NCBI GenBank assembly: GCA_965240325.2 | Contig: OZ251243.1 | Coordinates: 1,054,001-1,118,000 of the forward strand | Source: Rebecca billardiae RCC1528 | Lineage: Eukaryota; Protista; Haptophyta | Direction of reading: 5' to 3' | DNA length: 64,000 nucleotides | Shown here: one piece after another, positions 55,401 through 64,000 of the stretch | How positions within the stretch are numbered: position 1 is the first letter of the stretch | Layout of the letters: every line of letters begins with the position of its first letter | Translations under genes and position numbers: made by a program | The notes under the pieces: model-generated | Database searches by the model: none | What the model was told of the DNA's origin: nothing | What the model saw: only the letters and a program-made list of their open reading frames with translations

Positions 55401-56172
55401 CGCCCGCGCGGCGCCGGGCGGCGGCGGCGGCGGCGCCGCCGCCGCGCCCTCCGCGCGCCACGCCGCGCCGAGCGGCGCCGCTGCCATGCTCGCCGCGTCG
55501 AACGGCCGGCTCGTCGATTCGCGCGTGCGCGCGGGCGGCGCACACGCGGGTGTGACGCTGGTCGTCACGTCCAAGTCTCAGCTCGCAGAATGGCGGCAGC
55601 AGCTCGGGGCTCACCTGCGGCCGGGCGCGCTGCGCGTGGTGGAGCACGGCAGCGCGGCCGGGTGGGGCGGCGGCGCGGCCGGGCCGAGCGCCGCCGCGCC
55701 GCTCGGCCCGGCGCGTGGCTCGGCGCGCGGCGGCGGCGGCGGCGGCGCGCTCGCGCTCGCGTCCGCATCCGCCGACGGCGCCGATCGCGCGGGCCGCGCG
55801 TTCGGCGGCGCGCACGTCGTGCTGTGCACGTACGGGGCGCTCGCCGCCGAGCACGCCGCCGGGCATCGCGGCGGCGGCGGCGGCGCGGGCGCGGCGGCGG
55901 GCGGCGCGGCGGCGGGCCCGCTGCTCGGCTCGAGCTGGCACCGACTCATCCTTGACGAAGCACACCTGCTGGCGGAGCCCATCGCCTCCGACGCGGCGCG
56001 CGCGGCGTGCGCGCTGCGCGCGCCGCGCCGATGGCTCCTCACCGCGTCGCCGCTGGCGCGCGGGCTCGGCGGCGCGCACGCGCTGCTGCGACTGCTGCAG
56101 GTGTGGCCGTACCGGTATCCGGCGTGGTGGGGGCTCAGCGTGGCGGCGCCGCTCGCGCGCGCGCGCGCCACC

Positions 56173-56203
<31 letters not shown>

Positions 56204-58308
56204 GCGCGACGGGTGCGCAGCCTGCCGGCGCGGTGGCGCCGCGCGCCGCCGCGCGCGCGGGCGCGCCCGCCGCCGCCGCCGCCGCCGCGCGCGCCGCCGC
56301 GCGGGACGGGCTCGCGGCCGCGCGGCGCGCGCTCGGCGGGCTCACGCTGCGGCGCACGGCGCACTCGCGCACGCCTGCCGGCGAGTCGCTCGTCGCCCTG
56401 CCGCCGTGCCACGAGCGAACGGTCTGGCTGGAGCTCGGACCGGCGGATGCGTCGCGGTACGCGCGGCTCGCCGCGGCGGCGCGGCGCGCGCTCGACGCCG
56501 CGCCGGCCGGGGCGGCGGGCGCGGCGGAGGCGGGGGCCGCCGCGGGTGCGGGCGGCGCTGGCGGCGGCGGCGCGCGCCCCGCGCGCCGCCCGTCAGCCGG
56601 CGGGGGCAGCCTTGAGGCTCACCTGCAGCGGCTGCGCCAGTGCTGCTGCCACCACCTGCTGCTCTCGCATGGCTCGGACGAGGAGGAGGAGGCGGGGGCG
56701 GGGGACCCTACCCCTAGCCCTACCCCTAACCTGCTGCTCACGCATGGCTCCGAGGAGGAGGAGGAGGCGGAGGAGGCGGGGGCGGGGGCGGCGGGGGCGG
56801 AGGCGGCGGAGGAGGCGGGGCGGCGGGGTGAGTCTGCTGCTGCTGCGGCGGCTGAGGCTCCGGCCTCAGAGCTGGCGCCTGCGGCTGAGGAGCAGGCGGC
56901 GGCGGCGGCCGCACCGCCGACGGCCGCAGCACCAGGGCGGGCTGCTGCGGCCGGCGGGCGCGGCTGCACAGCAGCGCATGAGCCGGCCTCGCCGCGCGCG
57001 CGCGCGCGCAGCACCGAGCGCCGCGCAGATGGTGGCAGCCCGGCGGCGCGCAGCACGCCGCTCGGTGGCGCCACGCCCCCTGGCCGCTCGCCGCCCGGCG
57101 CGGCGCGCGCGGCCTCGGTCGCGGCGCCGCCGCGCCGCGCGTCGCCGCAGCGCCCGCCTGCTGCCGCGCCGGCGCGCACGGCCGCCGCTGACGCGCACGT
57201 CGAGTGCGCCATCTGCTTGGAGCCGCCAAGTGCGCCGGTGCTCACGCGCTGCGGGCACGTGTTCTGCCGGGAGTGCCTCTGCGAGTACCTCGGCTCGCAC
57301 GCGGCCTCCGCCGCAGCCGGCGGCGGCGGCGGCGGCGGCGGAGGCAGCGCGGCCGCGAGCGCGCCGCCCACACCCGCGAGCGCCGCCGCGCCGTGCCCGC
57401 TCTGTCGCGCAGAGGTGACGGCGGTCGAGCTGATGGCGGTGTCGCGCTCGGCGGCGGGAGGCGTGGGCGTGTCCTGGCAGCCATCGCCCAAGTGCGAGGC
57501 GCTGCTGCGCGAGCTGCTGCTCGCGCTGCGCGACGGCGCGGCGGAGGGCGCGGCGCGGGGCGCGAGCGCCGACGCTGCCGCGCCCGCGGGCACGACGGCG
57601 GCCGCGCCCGCCGACGCGGCCGAGCCCGCCGCCGAGCCCGCCGCCGAGCCCGCCTCCTGGCCGCCCTCGCCCTCGAGCTCGGTGCCGCCGCCCTCGCTCC
57701 CGCCGCCCTCGCTCCCGCCCAAGGCGCTGGTGCTCAGCCAGTTCGACGCGCTCCTCGACCTGGTGGGCGCGCACCTCCGGCGGCACCAGCTGCGCTGCAG
57801 GCGACTCGACGGCGACGCGCCGGCCGAGCAGCGCGACGCGACCGTCGGCGCGTGGGCGCGCGACGCGCAGCCGTGCGCGCTGCTCTCGCCGCTCCGCGCG
57901 TGCGCGAGCGTGCGCGGCGCGGGGCTCACGGCGGCGAACCACGTCTTCCTGTTGGAGCCCGCGTGGCCCGCGGCGCTCGAGCACGCCGCCCTCGCGCGCG
58001 TGCACCGCGTCGGCCAGAGGCGCACCGTCCGGGTGACGAGGCTCGCGGTGCGCGGCGCCGCGGACGAGCGGCTGCTGGCACTGCGCGCGCTCGGCGCGCC
58101 GGCCGGCGGCGGCGGCGGCGGCGAGGGCGGCCGCGGCCTCGGCGGCGCGGCGCGCGAAGATGAGGGCGGGGCCACGGAGTGGCGCGCGCACGTGGGCGTG
58201 CCCGCCGAGCAGCAGCCCAGTAGTAGCACCGCCGCGGCGGAGGAGGAGCGCGCCCAGGACGTCGAGCGCGCACTCCGCTTCGTGCTCGCTGGGACTACCG
58301 CGTCGTAG
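52414..58308 (+). CDS. RAD5/HLTF-like SNF2 ATPase with RING finger, UBA-like domain and possible HIRAN-like N-terminus
   Basis: LYPFQLQAVRWM, GGILADGPGLGKT, WHRLILDEAH, RWLLTASP, LRQCCCH, ECAICLE..TRCGHVFCREC..CPLCR, KALVLSQF, RLDG, LTAANHVFLLEPAW, RVHRVGQRRTV; UBA-like LIAMGF..VEAAVTWL. Confidence 0.9.
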
Positions 58309-59138
58309 CCAGCGCGCCCACAGCGGCGCCCGACGCTCCGATCCGGCCGCAGCGACTCGCGAGCGGTGCCACCGCCGTTGGACGGGCGTCGCCACTCGTC
58401 GGGTGGTGGCGGCCTGCTGCTGCTGACTCGGACGACGACAACGCGCTGCGTGGTCAACGTGACGCGGTACTGACGCATCATGCATGCAGACATGTCACAG
58501 ACAGGGCGTGAGGCAGCAGCATCATCATCCGGCGGATGAATATATGACGACGACTGGATATCACTCACGACGACTACTAGTCCGACTGTGCTGTCTATTA
58601 ACGAGACTGACTGCCGTGACTAGTGTGACAAGTGCAGGCGGTCCGCGGGTACCGTGTAGTGGCGGTACTCGCGGTCCGCAGACGGTAATGCCCGGCCTCA
58701 TATTCCGTTCGGGATGCGAGTCGCGTACTGCGGTGCAGCAGAGCAGGCGACTGCGTTCTAAAGCAGCCGTCCCGCTCATAGTAATCATGCGCGCTGCCAC
58801 TGCTGACGATGATGATGATTGCCGTCCTACGAGAGACAGTCTCGCAGTCACGCGGGGCCCGGGGCACTGCTAGTACAAAGGGCCCCGGCGTACCGCATTC
58901 CGGCGCGGCGCCGCGGAGAGGCTGACTCAGGGGACGACTGCCGCGTGGGCGCGGGCGTCCCTGACGCCACCAAGGCGCCCCCAGCGCCGAACGCCCGTGC
59001 ACGCGTCGCCTCGCCAGTGCCCACGCGCGTTCAAGACGGCCTCCATCGAGGTCTATCTATCGGCTCCAGTCGTCGCTCCGATCCGGAAGGGTGAATATCC
59101 TTTGATCGCGGCAAGGGATCGCGGGACGGTTGGCAGAT

Positions 59139-59231
59139 ATTACAGTTTACTATGATTTAACGTGCACACTTGGTTAAGGCGTGATTACAGTTTACTATGT
59201 TTTAACGTGCACACTTGGTTAAGGCGTGATT
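59139..59231. repeat. 45-bp tandem duplication in a low-GC upstream segment
   Basis: attacagtttactatg(a/t)tttaacgtgcacacttggttaaggcgtg at 59139-59183 and 59184-59228. Confidence 0.95.
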
Positions 59232-59562
59232 GACGCCATCCAACAACAGTAGTTCGTCAAGGAAACGAGGAGAGCTTCCCCCGCGAATCGGGTGGGTACC
59301 GTACTAAAGTTGAGTACTTTACTACTCGGGCGCTCCAAAATGTTGGATGGTTGATTAGCAAGCTGTGGGGGTGGCAAGGATGGGGGAACAGTAGCAGCTG
59401 TTAAGATCTTGATCCCGTGCGAGGCGACATTATTTGAGAGAGGACGTGGCTGTCCACGCGGAACGATGCTCATCAATCCCATCATCAAGCTGACGACAAT
59501 TTCACGATACCGTACCGAGGGGGTTACCGTACCCACCTAATTACGTCATTTGTTTAAGGGTC

Positions 59563-62500
59563 ATGACCCAATTCTATCTGGACCGCGGAGCTGCTGTGGA
59601 ACGAACTGCTTTCATGCCGCTCACTCCTTCCGCCCTCGTGGCTCCGGCGGCGCCGTCCGCCACCAACGACAGCGGCGTGGCCGATGGCGAGCGGTGGGAC
59701 GTGGAGGCCCCGCCGCCGCCGTCTGGCCCTCGGAGCGCACATCGCGCGCACAAATTGCGGCAGCACGGTATATTGCGGCGCTTGTCGCGCTCGTCGCCAA
59801 GGTCCTCAGGCCCTGCGCCGCCCGCGTACAAGTGGCATGGGGAGTTCAGCGATCGCAAGCTCGAGGAGGAGTACATGCGGGACGAGGTGCTTCCCATTCT
59901 TCCCGGCCGTGTCGCCTTGTCCTTCCTCGTCATGCTCATGCTCGGGGTGATGATGATCATCGTCGAGCTCGTCTCGTCGGGCGCGGACGAGGTGAACCTC
60001 CACCGCGTGCTCTTAGAGACGGCTGTCTGCGTCTTGTGGATCCTTGCGTCGGCGTATGTGCGGATCGCCCCTCGTAGGGGCTGGCCGCTCGCGTACGTCG
60101 AGTACGCGGTGACCTGGCTCTTCGCGACCTCGTCGGTGGGCGGGCTGTGCGTGATTCACTTTGCGCCCGTCTTCATGTCGAGCATGGGCGCGAGGTCCGT
60201 GCTGCACGAGGACCCGCTGATGGTGTACGTGATCGCGATGGTGGTCCTCTCGGTGCTCGCCATCGCGATGCCCATCCGCCCCGTCCTCTTCGGCGCGATG
60301 GCGTTCACGCCCGCCATGACCGTCGCGACCATCGAGTCTTTGCACCACTTCTTCTCGATCGGCAACCTCGAGAACAGGGAGGCGACGGCGCTCAAGCACG
60401 TGGTCGGGACGGCGTTCTTTTGCCTGTTCGCCCTCTCCGCCGCGTGGGTGCACGCCCACGTCGAGCGCGTGCACCGCGGCGCGTACCACTTCTTCCGCGA
60501 CGTCGAGCTCGCGGCGGTTGAGAACGCGGCGCTGCAGAGCGCGGAGGCGGAGGCCAAGATGCGCATGCGCACGGTGGAGGCGGTGAAGATGGCGCGCTCG
60601 CGGATGATTCGAATGGTGCGGCGGCGGCGCCACGCACTCGCTGAGCCTCGCCCTTGCGCCAGCGGCCGGCGCACGTGTGTGCCCACGCCGTGCCTCACAC
60701 GCCCCGCCACGCCACGCGATGTGCGCGCACGCGCGCGCACGCGCGCGCGCACGCGGCCGCGCTCATCAGGTGATGCACGACCTGCGCAGCCCCCTGCTGA
60801 GCGTGGACAACATCGCCGTGACGCTGAGCGGGCTCCCACCTCACACGCGCTTCGACGCGCCCGCCGTACCCGCGCTGCTACGCTCGCTCGGCAAGTGGTA
60901 CGCCGCCGCGCCGAGCGCGGTGCCGCGCGCGCGGGCCGCGCTCTCTCCCTGCGGTGCGCTCCCATCGTTGCGGGCGGGCCGCGCGCGGCCTCATCAGCCA
61001 GGCAGCGCGCGCGTGTTCGCGTACCGGAGGCCGCTTAGTGGACAGCGCACAGCGCTCTGCGCGCACAGTGGGCTCACCCGCCAGACCTCATCCTCTGCCA
61101 CCCCGCGATGCCCCCCGATGCCTCCGCTGCCGCGCCGCGCGTTGTACTGCGCAGCTCGACGCTGATGCAGACGATTGTCTCGGACATGCTCGACTTCGAG
61201 CGGATCGACAGCGGCCGGCTCGTGCTCGTGCGCACGCCGTTCCGGCCGGAGGCGCTCCTGCAGGGGGCATCGGACGCGTTCTCGGGGCTCGCGGCCGCGA
61301 AGGGCGTGCGGCTGCGGCTGGAGTCGCCGTCGGAGCGCGTGCGCGCTGTCGTGTGCGTTGGAGACGAGCGCCGGCTTCAGCAGTGCCTCAACAACGGCGT
61401 GTCCAACGCGGTGCGCGCGCGGCGCGCCGCCCGCCGCGCGCACGCGCCCCCATGCTCGCCATACAACCAGGCGCGCCACGCGGCCGCCGCCCTCGCAGAT
61501 CAAGTTCACCGAGCGGGGCGGGACCGTCACACTGCGCGTGAGGTTTGATGACGACGACGCCGCCGCCGCGGGCGCAGACCACGGCTGCCCCGAGTGCACA
61601 GAGGACCGCTGCCCCGAGGGCGCAGACGACTGCTGCCCAGCGCCGCCCACGCCGCCCGTCGCTCCGTGTGGGCCCGCGGCTGCGCGCGCGGATGGCGCCG
61701 GCGCAGCGGCCGCGCCGCCTGGCTGCTGCGCCGCGCCCCCGGCTGGCCAGACTGTGCACGCGCTGCGCTTCGAGGTCGTGGACACCGGGCCCGGGCTGAG
61801 CGCGGAGGAGATCCGGACCCTCCTGTCCGGGGCGGCGTTCACGCAGGTGGGCCTCGGCCAGCTGCAGGGCAACGGCGGCACCGGCCTCGGCCTCACGCTC
61901 GCGCGGCACATCCTGAAGCTGCACTGCGGCGGCTGCGGGGACTGCGGGCTGCACCTCGCTTCCAAGGGGCGCGGCCACGGCGCGACGTTTGCCATGCGGC
62001 TGCACCTGCCCGCCGCGCGGCCGGACGCGCTGCCGGCGGTCGCGCCGCCCACCAAGCCCGCCACCGGCGGGCGCACGCCGGACCCCGCTCAGAACTTCCC
62101 GCCCGGCTTTCGCGTCCTGCACGTCGAGGTGAGCGCGGCGTGCGCGCAGCGCGCGCGGCACGCAGCGCGCCCGGCTCGGCAGAAGAGCTCGCGGTAAGGT
62201 GCTCGCGCGGACGCCGCGCTGATGCGATGGCGCCGCGCCCGCCCGCCGCGCGCCCGCCCGCAGGACGACAGGGTGCTGCGGCACACGCTCGCGCTGCGCA
62301 TCTTCAAGAGGCTCGGCGTGGCGCACGAGGCGGTGGAGGACGGCGCGCGCGCGCTCGAGCTCGTGGGCGCGCGCGGCCTGCGCCACTTCGCCCTGGTGCT
62401 CATGGACAATCAGATGCCAAACATGGGCGGCGAGGCGGCGACGCGCGCGCTGCGGCGCATGGGCTACGAGGGCGTCATCGTGGGAATGACAGGTGCGCGC

Positions 62501-62871
62501 GGGCGCAGCGGCCGCTGAGCGTCGCGCGCGCGCGGCGCCGAGCGCGAGGCGCGGCGCCGCCGCCCTCCGTCCCGTCTGCGCCACACGGCGGCTGCTGAGG
62601 GAGCGCTGCTGCGCGCTGTGCGGTGCGCATCGTGCGCGCTGACGATGTGCCGCCCGCGCGCCCCGGCTGCGGCGGCGCAGGCGACCCGCGCGGCTCGGAC
62701 GACCGCGACGAGTTTGAGAGCGCCGGGCTGAACGAGTGCCTGGACAAGGACGGGGCGGGCGTCGAGCGCGTGAAGCAGCTGATACTCGAGCTCGGCTCGC
62801 GGCACTCGGCTGTCGCCACGGACTCGGAACCAGAGGTGGACGTCGAGCCGCCGTCTACTACGACAGTCTGA
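59563..62871 (+). CDS. Membrane hybrid histidine kinase (TM + HisKA + HATPase + receiver), 6 exons
   Basis: Exons 59563-60615, 60770-60897, 61155-61410, 61499-62128, 62264-62492, 62681-62871 give MHDLRSPL, SDMLDFERIDSG, GDERRLQQCLNNGVSNAIKFT, VVDTGPGL, GTGLGL, SKGRGHGATF, VLHVEDD, LVLMDNQMPNMGG, IVGMTG, CLDK. Confidence 0.93.
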
Positions 62872-63116
62872 CGAGTCCACTCGGACGACTGGCGATGTGT
62901 ATGACGGCTTCGGACGACGAGTCGTCCGGTGGCGTACTAGTCGTCGTCGCGGAAGCGTCAGCGTGTGTGGACGGAGTGAGTCCCGGAGTCGCGTGTCGTA
63001 CTACGGCCCGCGGTGATGTGATCTGATGAGTGAGTGATGACTGTCAGAGCGGTGAGGCGTGACGACGTACGTGCCGCCGCGCCATATTATCGCGTACGAC
63101 GACAGATGATTATATA

Positions 63117-63920
63117 CAGGGGTCTCCGAACAATTATTAGCTGTATCAGTATCACACTCATCTGTTTGTGCCACTGGACAGGCATGTGAGCTGACTTGAT
63201 TGCCTGGCTAGATGTGGTCTAGCACAGCCCACTCCCTGGCCATTCTGACGAGTGGGTGGCTGCTTGGCCAGCTCCCCATGCTGGGCTGTGGTGCCATCCA
63301 GAGTGCGCATGTGCAGCAGCCCAGGTGGGTGCAGCGAGGGGTGCTGCAGGCAGCAGTGGGTGCGGTCAGCTTGAAAATCCATGCAGGCCAGCCACCAGCA
63401 GCTAGGCTGCAGAGCTCTTGGCTGCACCAGCCCCACTCCAGCCCCCTCAAGTCGGGTGGCTGGCCACCCTCTGGGTGTGTCAGCGGGTGCTGCTGCTGGC
63501 CTCCCAGTGCAGGGGAGCTGACCCGACACGGGTCCTTGCGCAGGTGGGGGTGCGGGATTGGGCACTGTGCCACTGCAGCTGCATCCCATGAGCTCCCCCC
63601 CAGGTGGCATGCAGCCCTCCCTAGGGGGTACCAGATCCACTGCCAAGCACAATTTAGGCCTGGTCTGTGTGGGCACACTGCCCGCGACCAGTGACGACAA
63701 GCCTGCGGCAGGATCTGGCCAGCTGCGACAGGCTGTACGCCTGCAGCCGTGTGACCTGCTGGTGTGCCCAACTCCAGCCCACGCGCGCTGGGGCTGACGC
63801 GCTGGGTCGAAACCGTCGTGCACGGGCCGTGGGGGCCGCCTGGATCAGCCCAGGGGAGCAGGGTGAGCAGTGGCGTGCAGCTCAGTCAGAATATGTGACG
63901 TTTAATTGTTGAGACCCCTG
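63117..63920. mobile_element. Tc1/mariner-type non-autonomous element (TA TSD)
   Basis: TA|CAGGGGTCTC(cg)AACAATTA ... TAATTGTTGAGACCCCTG|TA. Interior is CpG-poor and has no transposase motifs that I could recognise. Confidence 0.85.
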
Positions 63921-64000
63921 TATACGACTACTCGGCTACATCACGGTGCTGAGTCTGATATGATGACGCGACGTATTAATACATATATATATATATTAAT

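Noticed and set aside
59139-59231. Possible CRISPR-like repeat
   Set aside because: Only two directly adjacent copies, no spacers, no cas genes, eukaryotic context.
63158-63823. ORFs within the TA-flanked element as a transposase
   Set aside because: No HTH or DDE/D motifs recognisable.

Overview
Very GC-rich eukaryotic nuclear DNA with short, GC-rich GT-AG introns (typically GTGCG...CGCAG), flagellar/centriolar genes and a hybrid histidine kinase. The organism is most plausibly a flagellated alga such as a haptophyte, but that is inference only. About 23 protein-coding genes can be supported. Recognisable ones are RPN10, NTMT1, a SOS1-like Na+/H+ antiporter, DRC7, RRP40, HYLS1, a RAD5-like SNF2/RING protein, an APC polyamine/amino-acid permease, an XK-related protein, a GDP-mannose-hydrolase-like Nudix, a NodZ-like fucosyltransferase, an FkbM-like methyltransferase, a transglutaminase-like protein, and RING, LRR and CCCH proteins. 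Many sit in tight head-to-head pairs, with AT-rich microsatellite spacers between blocks. Three non-autonomous inverted-repeat DNA elements with target-site duplications are visible (1974-3085, 19189-19783, 63117-63920). The most unusual items are: (i) a ~1,720-aa multi-pass membrane protein with EF-hand loops and two tandem RFX/D5-like winged-helix patterns; (ii) a 180-nt multi-hairpin candidate structured RNA at 44917-45096; (iii) a membrane-anchored protein combining an 8-cysteine (LTP/prolamin-like) motif, an SRCR-like domain and an acidic tail; (iv) an FABP-like domain; (v) a signal-anchored GDP-mannose hydrolase. All assignments are by-eye motif recognition; no searches were run. Most ORFs in the supplied track are GC-driven shadow frames.
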